From IMG/VR virus record IMGVR_UViG_3300021338_000003, positions 1 to 64,000 of that record: a stretch of DNA of 64,000 nucleotides. One strand, given 5' to 3'. A model generated the notes under the pieces. It did no database searches. It was not told the origin of the DNA and saw nothing but the letters and a program-made list of their open reading frames with translations. The position numbers and the translations under genes are program-made. Numbering within the stretch: the stretch's first letter is position 1; the number at the start of each line of letters is the position of its first letter. This document shows positions 36,820 through 45,148 of the stretch, in pieces.

Positions 36820-37076
36820 ACACCATTGACGCACATAAGTATAGCGGCCATCATGGCCAGGACCTTCTAGCCAGCGAGAAGGCTGGATGCTTTCACTGCG
36901 AAAGGATATTTCCGGTGGGTGATATACAGCAATGGACCGACAGCAAAAAGACGGCCCTCTGCCCTCATTGTGGTATCGATGCTGTGCTCCCGGACATCCG
37001 GGTAGACATTAGCCCCGAGTTCCTTGCCAAAATGAATGACGATTGGTTCAAGAAGAAGGCTGACGTCCATAAGTGA
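36816..37076 (+). CDS. Small zinc-ribbon protein
   Basis: GCFHC...TALCPHCGIDAVL. Confidence 0.7.
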   Translation: MNTIDAHKYSGHHGQDLLASEKAGCFHCERIFPVGDIQQWTDSKKTALCPHCGIDAVLPDIRVDISPEFLAKMNDDWFKKKADVHK

Positions 37077-37154
37077 CTGAAAGGGTGTAAGGTTGGGTGT
37101 CCGGAGGGTAGCGAGTCACCCCCTCTGGCTTACCCCAACAAAGAGAGATACCCA

Positions 37155-37664
37155 ATGAAGTCCAGCACCCCCACCACCAAGGCTTTCTCGGGCCAGGAAG
37201 TGGAGCTGACCCTCAACCACGGCGAGGGCACCATGCGGCCCCGCAAGGTCAACGTGACCGCTGCTGATGCCCTCGGCATCGCCTATGAGTGGTCGTTCCG
37301 CGGGTCGCCCCGTGAGGACTTTGCCCCCTGGAGCGCTGTCCATATGATTTCGCTCAAGCATGGTCCGAGCAAGGAGTTTCCGCCCAAGTCCTGGGCCAAG
37401 ACCTTCAAGAAGTCCAAGCCCGCTGGTGCCACTGGTATGGTTGTGGTTGGCAAGAACTGCGAAGTCATGATCCGTGACCTCGGCACGGATGATACCGAGA
37501 AGGTCACCACCATCAAGGGCTACGTGCAGACCATTGACGACCAGGCTGCCATGATCGTCCACAACCGGTTCGGTCAGGTATACCAGTCGACGATCCCCCT
37601 CACTCACGTGGTGAACATCGAATACCGTGAGAAGAAGGATACGAAGCCGCCCGGCGTCGCCTGA
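37155..37664 (+). CDS. Hypothetical beta-barrel protein (possibly tandem Sm/SH3-like)
   Basis: Two similar halves (GQEVEL...PWSAVHMI; GKNCEV...PLTHVVNIEY) and high GC3 codon bias. Confidence 0.55.
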   Translation: MKSSTPTTKAFSGQEVELTLNHGEGTMRPRKVNVTAADALGIAYEWSFRGSPREDFAPWSAVHMISLKHGPSKEFPPKSWAKTFKKSKPAGATGMVVVGKNCEVMIRDLGTDDTEKVTTIKGYVQTIDDQAAMIVHNRFGQVYQSTIPLTHVVNIEYREKKDTKPPGVA

Positions 37665-37696
37665 TCTGAATTCTCACGTGAATTCTCACGACCACT

Positions 37697-37729
37697 TAGG
37701 CCACCCTAGGGAAATCCTTGGGTGGCCTA
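37697..37729 (+). terminator. Intrinsic terminator-like hairpin
   Basis: TAGGCCACCC-taggGAAAtcctt-GGGTGGCCTA after the 37155 ORF. Confidence 0.65.
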
Positions 37730-37824
37730 TCTGTATACGAAATACTTGCACATCTGAGATATAATGTGTTATATTCCTAGTGTGGTCGTGAGAGACCAGG
37801 GAATTCAACAACAGGAGAGATACC

Positions 37825-38649
37825 ATGTTCGGTGGTGATGATTCGTGGGATGAGGACGATTGGGGCGAGTGGAGCGAGGACGGGGATTCGTCCGGGGCTG
37901 CTTCCGATGACAAGCCGGCTGAGGAGGAGGCCCCCAAGCCTGCTGCTGCCAAGCCGGCAGCCAAGAAGAAGCGGCCCGCCAAGGCCAAGGCGGTTGACAA
38001 GCCCGCTGCGGCCAAGAAGAAGCGGCCCGCCAAGGCCAAGGCGGTTGACAAGCCCGCTGCGGCCAAGAAGGCAGCTGCGGCGAAGAAGGCAGCTGCGGCG
38101 AAGAAGCCAGCCGCTGCCAAGAAGCCTGCGGCCAAGAAGGGTCCGCTGGTTCCGCTGACCTTCTTCAAGGCCGGTGACAACCTCGTTCTCCAGAAGAACG
38201 ACCCCCAGACTGGCGAGGCGCAGAACTTCAACAAGGCGCACTTCAAGAAGGGTGCCCTCAAGGGTCTGATGACGTACGACTTCAAGTCGGTGGGCTATAC
38301 TACGCCCTACGCCCAGATCAAGGAGCTTCGGGCCGCCCTGAAGGAAGCTGGCTACAAGCTCGTTCGTGGCAAGGCTCCAGCTGCTGCGAAGCCGGCCGCT
38401 TCCAAGAAGCCGGCCGCTTCCAAGAAGCCGGCCGCTTCCAAGAAGCCCGCGGCTGCGAAGCCGGCTGCAGCCAAGAAGCCGGCCGTCAAGCTGGCCAACC
38501 GGAAGGCGTACAACACCCTCGTGTCCTCCATCCGGGACAGCCTGGTGATGGTCGGTGCTCGCTTCAGCGAGGACGACGCCCGCAACGCCCTGGACTACTT
38601 CCTGTCGCGCCCCGAGGCGTCCGTCAGAGATGCCTGGGACAAGCGGTGA
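37825..38649 (+). CDS. Histone H1/AlgP-like Lys-Ala-Pro-rich DNA-binding protein with acidic N-terminus
   Basis: KKPAAA repeats in two blocks; N-terminal DDSWDEDDWGEW; AGGAG RBS. Confidence 0.75.
   Translation: MFGGDDSWDEDDWGEWSEDGDSSGAASDDKPAEEEAPKPAAAKPAAKKKRPAKAKAVDKPAAAKKKRPAKAKAVDKPAAAKKAAAAKKAAAAKKPAAAKKPAAKKGPLVPLTFFKAGDNLVLQKNDPQTGEAQNFNKAHFKKGALKGLMTYDFKSVGYTTPYAQIKELRAALKEAGYKLVRGKAPAAAKPAASKKPAASKKPAASKKPAAAKPAAAKKPAVKLANRKAYNTLVSSIRDSLVMVGARFSEDDARNALDYFLSRPEASVRDAWDKR
37960..38061 (+). repeat. 51-bp perfect tandem duplication in the histone-like gene
   Basis: GCCAAGAAGAAGCGGCCCGCCAAGGCCAAGGCGGTTGACAAGCCCGCTGCG twice; an 18-bp unit also occurs three times at about 38389-38442. 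Confidence 0.9.
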
Positions 38650-38656
38650 GAGCCCT

Positions 38657-38747
38657 TGTTCTCAAACCATTCCATTATCCCCCTGATGGAATGGTTTGAG
38701 AACATCAGTGATGAACCCCCTACAACTTCCAGAGTAGGGGGTTCATC
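38657..38747. terminator. Double hairpin between convergent genes
   Basis: 18-bp stem TGTTCTCAAACCATTCCA/TGGAATGGTTTGAGAACA (38657-38704) and 13-bp stem GATGAACCCCCTA/TAGGGGGTTCATC (38710-38747). Confidence 0.75.
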
Positions 38748-38789
38748 TGTATTAGGAGTAGCCGTGGGCCAAGACCGTACTGGGAACCT

Positions 38790-39722
38790 CTAGACGTCCC
38801 GACACTTGATTTTGAGTTGAGCCTCCATCCGTATGCTGCCGCCTTTGGACAGACGGATGTTTCGAGACTCCTCCCACGACTTGCGAACGCTCCTAGCCGC
38901 CTCAGACGGGGGCGTATTGCATTCTAGAACCCTTCTCATCTGGGCTACCAGGTCCTCCCAGTCGTCACCCCATGGCTCATCCTCGATACGCTTGACTGGC
39001 GGAGCATCGAGGGTGGTCACCTTTCCATTCCTAGGGAACTTCTTTCCGGTTTCAGTTCGGAACACCATCTCCGATGTACCACGAGGGTGGGTTTGACCTC
39101 TGACCCGTATATCTCTTCCGGCCGCTTTGAACCCAACGCTCCCGGAGAACATGATTTCTGGGCCCTTAGAAAGGTCAAGAGGGTCCTCGTATTGGGTTAG
39201 GAAGCGGCCGTGGGGTCCGTCGAGTATTTCGACGGGGGCGACAGTCCATGAGCCCTCCCCGGGGCCCTCCGAGACCCAGGTCAGGAGCAGGCCCTCGTGC
39301 TCACCATTTCTGACCAGTATTGGAGTGGTTTGGGAATGGGTAGCCAGGGCAAATTCCTGGGCCAGGACCCCACCCACTCTGATGGTCCTGTTTTGGACTT
39401 TCTGTACTTGGTCAGACATATCCTTGAAATGCTCACAGGATATTGACTCGGCACTTCGATGATTGTCCATGCCATCAATAAGGCCCAAGTCCGAGCATGG
39501 TTTGGACTTCCTGTAGCGACTGAACTTTGTCCAAAATTGGCATTCGCCACAAGTGGCATGGGTCAAGGGGGTGTACTTATCACAGAGGTAGTCAGGGGGT
39601 GTTCCGATGACCTTCTTACCATCTATTTTGACCCTTTTGGATACCTTGCACGTACGACCCCGCACCTTGTGTTGCCACAAAAAACAGGTGGCACAACTTG
39701 GGGGTGGTTGACTGTTTGCCAT
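38790..39722 (-). CDS. Hypothetical protein with two tandem 4-Cys modules
   Basis: CATCFLW...C...CDKY and CGECQFW...C...CEHF. Confidence 0.65.
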   Translation of the reverse strand: MANSQPPPSCATCFLWQHKVRGRTCKVSKRVKIDGKKVIGTPPDYLCDKYTPLTHATCGECQFWTKFSRYRKSKPCSDLGLIDGMDNHRSAESISCEHFKDMSDQVQKVQNRTIRVGGVLAQEFALATHSQTTPILVRNGEHEGLLLTWVSEGPGEGSWTVAPVEILDGPHGRFLTQYEDPLDLSKGPEIMFSGSVGFKAAGRDIRVRGQTHPRGTSEMVFRTETGKKFPRNGKVTTLDAPPVKRIEDEPWGDDWEDLVAQMRRVLECNTPPSEAARSVRKSWEESRNIRLSKGGSIRMEAQLKIKCRDV

Positions 39723-39731
39723 TCGCCCCTG

Positions 39732-40067
39732 TTACTCCTCTGGATCGCCCTCTGGTATGTTGAGGGGCTCGGTTATGAGGTACTCGTCGTAGTCCTCTTC
39801 ATCTTCGTACTCGACCTCATATTCCTCATTGTCTTCAGTGATAGTGGTCATGTACTCGTATACCTCGGGGCTCACGATGCATCGAGTCCAATATGTCCAA
39901 ATTCCGGCCACACCCTCATCCAATTCTGGATCCAGGTAGACGGCTATATTCCCAGTGAATTGAGAGATGGTAGCAATGTTGTGTGCCATGTCCTCAGAAG
40001 GTATGCGGCACACAACAGGGAAGTGGTCGATGAACTCGGGAATTTCCCTCTCTTCATCGGTGCTCAT
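39732..40067 (-). CDS. Small acidic hypothetical protein
   Basis: 111 aa with a GGAG RBS and an E/D/Y-rich tail. Confidence 0.6.
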   Translation of the reverse strand: MSTDEEREIPEFIDHFPVVCRIPSEDMAHNIATISQFTGNIAVYLDPELDEGVAGIWTYWTRCIVSPEVYEYMTTITEDNEEYEVEYEDEEDYDEYLITEPLNIPEGDPEE

Positions 40068-40097
40068 TTTCTCTCCCTGTCTACAAAAAAGCTGTCG

Positions 40098-41723
40098 CTA
40101 CTTGTCAGACTTCAAACGACGCCTAACAAAGCTTGCGTGCCGGGTCTTGATGCCGGGGGTATCTTCCTGGCGTTCGATTTCAATGGTAGTACCCAGGAGG
40201 GAATCCCGGATCTCCCAGAACTTCTCTCGTTGGGCATCACTGTAGCCTCCACCCACCTGGATTTCAACTCCGTTGTCAAGACGACATTTCAAACCACCCA
40301 GGATATGCTCATATTTGGTCCCTGGGTTCCCGGGGTAGAACCCAACCACCTCAACGTCCACCGTTTCAAACGGCTTAATACGGTGATATCCACTGCGCTT
40401 TCTATTGCGTTCTCCGGCGGCATAAGAGGCGTCGACATCCTTGATGACGATCCCCTCATATCCCTTGTTGCGGGCAACGCCATACAGATGCATGATCTTT
40501 TTGAACCGGTCCTTGGACCCTACCCGACGGGCAGGGGACAATACCAGACTAGGGGCGATATCAGAGGATCCGTCCAGAAGTTCTTCGATCACCGACCTCC
40601 GGTCACCGAAAGCCACATCAGCGACCCCATCTTCAAAGCATTGGAGGTCCCAGATGAAGTCAAACACCATCAGTTGAAGCGGTCTATCTTCCATATCCTG
40701 GGTGGTTTGGGCGGATACGGCGTCCGAGTACTTAGTCGACCCCTTGGCTACGGCTTCGCAGTCCAGAACCCCCATGGTATACCCACCGGCATTCAGAAGG
40801 GCAGCAGCTTCTCTAACCAGATACTGAAGATGGTCCAGTGGCAGGCCCTTTCGGGAATACACTCGACCCAGACCCTGAGTAGAGTCCGTCACCTGCACCA
40901 AGGTGCGCAGACCATCATACTTGGTCTCGATGATGAGCCTCGGGGGGAGTTCGCTCAGAACTCGCTCCAGGTTGATATCCCTCTTGACCGTAGAACACAA
41001 GCTGACGTTGAAGCTTGGAAGGAGGTCCTTCCATACTTTGCGGACATTTCCTTCCTTGAAACCAATCTTGAGGTCTCGCTGTAGGATACGGAACGCCCAT
41101 TTCCTATACTTGACGGTCATCTTTTCGAGGAGCGTCGTGAGCCGGTCCAAATCCCTCTGGTTGGCGGCTGGCTTCTCATTAAGGGCCCGGAGATGGGCTA
41201 CAAACTTGGTCCACGCCTTAAGTGTGTTGGCCTTACTGCCGGATGTTGACCAGTCAATAGTGAACTTAGAGCCTACCCCATACGCCAGGTGCCAATCATA
41301 GGCCAGAACGAAACAATCTTGCAAAATGGGGTTGTCCTTATGGCCCTCGAACACCTCCAACTTCGGCTTAATTTTGGTTCCGATGCCTTCCACCCTTTCG
41401 AGAGCATTGATGGCAGCAGGCAGGAAATGCCGAAGAGCCCGGGGATCGTAGGGGTCAAGCCCCTTGAGGACCTCTTGCTGGGCATGTTCTTTGCGGATCC
41501 TCTTGAGGTCATCAGCCTCCACTTCGGATATCACGTTCTCTCGAAGGTGCTTCAAGACGATGGCCTCTCGGGATACAGGTGGGAATCCTCCATCTTTTCC
41601 CTGTAGAGCGTGACTGAAAACAACATCGATTTCCGCGGCCTTCATCCTATACTTGAGGCCCTTAGTGACGGCGTCATGGGCCTTGGACCGGACCTTGCTG
41701 AGGGTGTTCATTGAGATCTCCAT
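40098..41723 (-). CDS. ATP-dependent DNA ligase
   Basis: Motif I ETKYDGLR, YSRKG, LDCEA, MVFD, EGIVIK, RIKP, OB domain VGGGYSD and RHASF. Confidence 0.93.
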   Translation of the reverse strand: MEISMNTLSKVRSKAHDAVTKGLKYRMKAAEIDVVFSHALQGKDGGFPPVSREAIVLKHLRENVISEVEADDLKRIRKEHAQQEVLKGLDPYDPRALRHFLPAAINALERVEGIGTKIKPKLEVFEGHKDNPILQDCFVLAYDWHLAYGVGSKFTIDWSTSGSKANTLKAWTKFVAHLRALNEKPAANQRDLDRLTTLLEKMTVKYRKWAFRILQRDLKIGFKEGNVRKVWKDLLPSFNVSLCSTVKRDINLERVLSELPPRLIIETKYDGLRTLVQVTDSTQGLGRVYSRKGLPLDHLQYLVREAAALLNAGGYTMGVLDCEAVAKGSTKYSDAVSAQTTQDMEDRPLQLMVFDFIWDLQCFEDGVADVAFGDRRSVIEELLDGSSDIAPSLVLSPARRVGSKDRFKKIMHLYGVARNKGYEGIVIKDVDASYAAGERNRKRSGYHRIKPFETVDVEVVGFYPGNPGTKYEHILGGLKCRLDNGVEIQVGGGYSDAQREKFWEIRDSLLGTTIEIERQEDTPGIKTRHASFVRRRLKSDK

Positions 41724-41730
41724 AGAATGG

Positions 41731-41759
41731 TTGCCTTTTTACGGCTGCCGTGTTATAAT
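41731..41759 (+). promoter_or_regulatory. sigma70-type promoter
   Basis: TTGCCT-17-TATAAT; shares TGCCGTGTTATAAT with the promoter at 17856-17884. Confidence 0.8.
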
Positions 41760-41776
41760 GGGTTAGGAGGCATCAA

Positions 41777-42145
41777 ATGGCGAAATACATCTTCGTAACG
41801 ACCAATTGTGACGAGTGTGGGAGCATTTTCTCATCCATCTGCAAGGCGGGGGACTACAGCGGAAAGTGCATGGACTGCCAGGAAAAGGCCGAGGCCCCTG
41901 TGGTCAACCCTGAGCACGTTGCGGCTGACTTGGACCAAATCGAAGTTCGGTCTACCGGCGCAGCCAACCGCAAGCCGCGTCCTTTCTTCTGTGACCGTGT
42001 CTGTCTGCATGAATTCGACCTCTCCTTCGTTCAGCATCACGTAGGACTGGATATCAAGGTGTGTGAGTGCGGATGGCATAGAGACTGGACCAACGAAGTT
42101 CACACCAGGCCCTACACCACCCCACAGAAGCCCTGGAGGCGATGA
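41777..42145 (+). CDS. Cys-rich zinc-binding hypothetical protein
   Basis: CDEC, CMDC, CDRVC and CECG; AGGAGG RBS. Confidence 0.6.
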   Translation: MAKYIFVTTNCDECGSIFSSICKAGDYSGKCMDCQEKAEAPVVNPEHVAADLDQIEVRSTGAANRKPRPFFCDRVCLHEFDLSFVQHHVGLDIKVCECGWHRDWTNEVHTRPYTTPQKPWRR

Positions 42146-42732
42146 TGGTACCTATCGATTATGCCTCGTGGTGGGCTGGTTTGCCTTCGGGCCAAGTTTT
42201 CACACCTTGGCGGCAATACATGATCGAGTGTGTGTCCGGAACCCGGAAAATGGAGCCATTCATGGCCTGTCTTTCTCATCCATTAACCACCGAACCCATT
42301 TCCAAGGATCCATTCATCAACGAGCATGAGCTTGCTCACTTCATCCTATGTCCCGATGACAAGGTGTTGGACCCCTTGTGGGGTATCGAGTTTGATGGTC
42401 CCTTCGAAGAGGAATTCAGGGACCTTGACAAGGCACGTTTTGAGGTGCGAGTCCTGTTCATCCAGGAAGTCATTCTCAATTACACTCACCACCGGGAGCA
42501 CTATCTGCAGTGGGTCAAATCCCCGGTCGGTCGAGAGGTGATGCTTAATAACAAGTGTCACCCCTGGATTGGGTCGGTTCAGATGGCAATGACATACTGC
42601 TATATCAGCCCCCTATCGACCGCCCAGGTTCGGCACGAGGTGGACCACATGGTCGCTGCCGACTGGACCATCGGAAAGGTGTGGTCGGAGCTGGAACGAA
42701 AGAAAGAGCTTGTCAGACAGCTTCTGCTGTGA
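42142..42732 (+). CDS. Hypothetical protein
   Basis: 196-aa ORF with ATGA coupling. Confidence 0.6.
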   Translation: MMVPIDYASWWAGLPSGQVFTPWRQYMIECVSGTRKMEPFMACLSHPLTTEPISKDPFINEHELAHFILCPDDKVLDPLWGIEFDGPFEEEFRDLDKARFEVRVLFIQEVILNYTHHREHYLQWVKSPVGREVMLNNKCHPWIGSVQMAMTYCYISPLSTAQVRHEVDHMVAADWTIGKVWSELERKKELVRQLLL

Positions 42733-42783
42733 TAAACCGTAGTCGCCAAAGTAGAACGGGGCATATGCCCCAAAGGAGAGCCA

Positions 42784-43770
42784 ATGGCCGCCAAGAAGTC
42801 CCGCAAGCCCAAGTCCCGCAAGCCCGAGCCCGAGGTCGAGGAAGACGACGATTGGGCAGACGACGACTGGGGTGATGACGAGGAAGAGTCCGACGATGAG
42901 GGGTCTGACGACGATTGGGAGGATGAGGAGCCCGAGGACGATGATGAAGACTGGGGCGATGACGAGGAGTCTGACGACGAGGACGACGAGGAGTGGGAAG
43001 ACGAGGAGTCTGACGACGAGGACGACGAGGAATGGGAAGAGGAAGAGTCCGAAGATGAGGACGACGATTGGGACGACGAAGAGTCCGAAGATGAGGACGA
43101 CGATGACTCGGACGAGGATGACTCCGAGTGGGATGATGAGGACGAAGACGACGACTCGGACGACGATGATGACTCTGACTCTGATGATGACTGGGACGAC
43201 GATGACTCGGACGACGATGATTCGGACGACGATGACTCGGACGACGATTGGGACGACGATGATTGGGACGACGAGTCCGAGGACGAGTCGGACGATGAAG
43301 AGTCGGATGACGAGGACGATGAAGAGTCGGATGACGAGGACGATGAAGAGTCGGATGACGAGGACGATGAAGAGTCGGATGACGAGGACGATGAAGAGTC
43401 GGATGACGAGGACGATGAATCCTCCTCCCTTGCTATGACTCCCCTCGAAGACGGCTCCCTGGGCATCGTAGGCAACGACTTCCCCAAGGGCATCACCAAA
43501 AACCTCCTCAAGGAGCTTGGGTTCACCTGGAATCGCAACAAGAAAATCCCAGGTATCGGTCAGCGTGGTGTCTGGACCCTCGACAAGAAGGCTACCAAGA
43601 AGGTCACCAAGGCTCTCATGAAGCACAATGTGTCCATCACCATGCTCGATGGTGATGAGGGCAAGTTTGCGGCCATGCAGGCCCGTCTCGCCACCCTCCG
43701 CAAGACGTACGATGCCATGGGTCTTGCCTTGCAGGAGTTTGAGGCTCTCCTGAACGCAGCAAAGGCGTAG
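42784..43770 (+). CDS. Extremely acidic low-complexity protein with a globular C-terminal domain
   Basis: About 200 residues of almost only D/E/S/W. Basic N-terminus MAAKKSRKPKSRK; C-terminal LLKELGFTWN...GVWTL; AAGGAG RBS. Confidence 0.85.
   Translation: MAAKKSRKPKSRKPEPEVEEDDDWADDDWGDDEEESDDEGSDDDWEDEEPEDDDEDWGDDEESDDEDDEEWEDEESDDEDDEEWEEEESEDEDDDWDDEESEDEDDDDSDEDDSEWDDEDEDDDSDDDDDSDSDDDWDDDDSDDDDSDDDDSDDDWDDDDWDDESEDESDDEESDDEDDEESDDEDDEESDDEDDEESDDEDDEESDDEDDESSSLAMTPLEDGSLGIVGNDFPKGITKNLLKELGFTWNRNKKIPGIGQRGVWTLDKKATKKVTKALMKHNVSITMLDGDEGKFAAMQARLATLRKTYDAMGLALQEFEALLNAAKA
43291..43419 (+). repeat. 24-bp tandem repeat, five copies plus a partial (DDEESDDE)
   Basis: GACGATGAAGAGTCGGATGACGAG perfect copies start at 43291, 43315, 43339, 43363 and 43387. 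Confidence 0.92.
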
Positions 43771-43791
43771 GACTACCTTCTCCCTACCCAC

Positions 43792-43824
43792 GAGGCCCCG
43801 GTAGCGCTTCCCTACCGGGGCCTC
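43792..43824 (+). terminator. Intrinsic terminator-like hairpin
   Basis: 13-bp stem GAGGCCCCGGTAG/CTACCGGGGCCTC after the acidic protein gene. Confidence 0.75.
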
Positions 43825-43839
43825 CCTGTATTTGGGATA

Positions 43840-43868
43840 TTGCCTTCCTTTGTATGTCGTGCTAAAAT
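43840..43868 (+). promoter_or_regulatory. sigma70-type promoter
   Basis: TTGCCT-17-TAAAAT; spacer ends in TGTCGTGC. Confidence 0.72.
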
Positions 43869-43890
43869 ACAATCAGACAGGAGAGAACAT

Positions 43891-44400
43891 ATGTGGGTCG
43901 ATGAAGCACGACGACAACTTTCTGACCACGTACCAGCGTATATGTGGGAGGGTGAAGAGGAAGACTCTTGGCCTGAGCTTCAGGCTGAGGTCCATGGCAC
44001 CTTGTATGATGGTAGCGACGTTTTGTGGCGTGTCGATGACAGCCATATCAGCCTGGAGATCGACAGCCTCCAGCTGAAGTGCGCACATGAAGGCGACTAC
44101 GCAGTGTGTGCTGCAGCATTAATAGAGGCTATGTATGCTTTCAATACCAAGCACAACAAGCTGGCCTCTATCCGAAGTGCCAATAGGAGGGTGTCCGGGA
44201 ACAGAAAGCCTTACCCTTCCATGGGTAACCACGCAGTACATCCGGGTCATGACGCGATCGACTGCGAGGAGCGCATCACAGTCAACGCCCACCCTATGGG
44301 CACAAGCCACAATGGGTATGCGTGTGGTGCTACGGGTGGGCACTGCCTCCCGGGAACCGACAAGTGCCCCCTGACGCTCGGAGGAAAGAATGTCTCGTAG
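43891..44400 (+). CDS. Hypothetical protein
   Basis: ATG 43891 after AGGAG; Cys/His-rich C-terminus. Confidence 0.6.
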   Translation: MWVDEARRQLSDHVPAYMWEGEEEDSWPELQAEVHGTLYDGSDVLWRVDDSHISLEIDSLQLKCAHEGDYAVCAAALIEAMYAFNTKHNKLASIRSANRRVSGNRKPYPSMGNHAVHPGHDAIDCEERITVNAHPMGTSHNGYACGATGGHCLPGTDKCPLTLGGKNVS

Positions 44401-44737
44401 TCAAAGGGTCGATCAACTGCGGTTTCTCATCGAAGATGCATTTGATGAATCCATCCGACATGATTCATCCTACACCAACGCTGTCAACGCCCTTGAGCGG
44501 CTGTGTTCTATGGCCAAAGGAGATACACCCGACCCACCTGTAACCCAGGAGGGTTGGATTTCTACCCCTAGGGGTGCTTGGATGGAACACCTCAAAAAGA
44601 CCGGGGTATATGACCCGAAGGTGTTCAAAAATTGCATTGAGGACGCGTCTCGACTTAAGGGGCATCCTTCGCGTGCCATATCCCATCTGATTGAGGCAAT
44701 CAAAATTCTGGGTGAAGCCACGTTCGAGGTGGAGTGA
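44390..44737 (+). CDS. Hypothetical protein
   Basis: GGAGG RBS; overlaps neighbouring operon genes. Confidence 0.55.
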   Translation: MSRSQRVDQLRFLIEDAFDESIRHDSSYTNAVNALERLCSMAKGDTPDPPVTQEGWISTPRGAWMEHLKKTGVYDPKVFKNCIEDASRLKGHPSRAISHLIEAIKILGEATFEVE

Positions 44738-44919
44738 TGGTTGAACTGACCGATCGAGAGAAGAGGAAGTGGTCAAAGGACCTTATTCATGATGACGGGG
44801 TGTTCATGTCCCTTCTACGTTCAGCGCTGAAGGGATCTGCCGTCGCCATGATTCAAATCCGCAACGATCGTGAAGCCCGCCGGGCACTTGGGCTATTGGA
44901 GTATGAAGATGCTACCTAG
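44734..44919 (+). CDS. Hypothetical protein
   Basis: GTGA coupling. Confidence 0.5.
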   Translation: MMVELTDREKRKWSKDLIHDDGVFMSLLRSALKGSAVAMIQIRNDREARRALGLLEYEDAT

Positions 44920-45148
44920 GGAAAACTCGAAGTGGGTGCACACCGAGTCTGGAGGTGTGTATGAGGTTATCGGGTTGGCTGTAGTCAAGTCCAGAGCCAA
45001 ATCCATCGACGGACGCTATACAGTCGTGTACAAGGATTCATCCGGTCAAATGTACACGAGGTCCCTGCCCAACTGGAGTGCCCGAATGGTTCCGTTGGAT
45101 AGCCCGACTGGCGCCGCTGCTGTCGCCACGGCAAAGAGGGTAGGATGA
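44903..45148 (+). CDS. DUF1653-like protein
   Basis: WVHTESGGVYEVIGLA...VVYK...MYTRSL. Confidence 0.65.
   Translation: MKMLPRENSKWVHTESGGVYEVIGLAVVKSRAKSIDGRYTVVYKDSSGQMYTRSLPNWSARMVPLDSPTGAAAVATAKRVG

Noticed and set aside
37686-38585. Minus-strand Ala/Phe/Leu-rich ORFs that look like membrane proteins
   Set aside because: They are the reverse complement of the KKPAAA repeats.
39459-41084. 541-aa plus-strand ORF
   Set aside because: It is antisense to the well-supported ligase gene and its neighbours and has no recognisable motifs.
43291-43419. 24-bp repeats as a possible CRISPR array
   Set aside because: The copies are contiguous with no spacers, lie in frame within a CDS, and no cas genes are present.
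42600-43872. Long antisense and alternate-frame ORFs (poly-Ser 313 aa, 419 aa and 188 aa)
   Set aside because: They are shadows of the GAY/GAR-rich acidic gene, which has the RBS and terminator.
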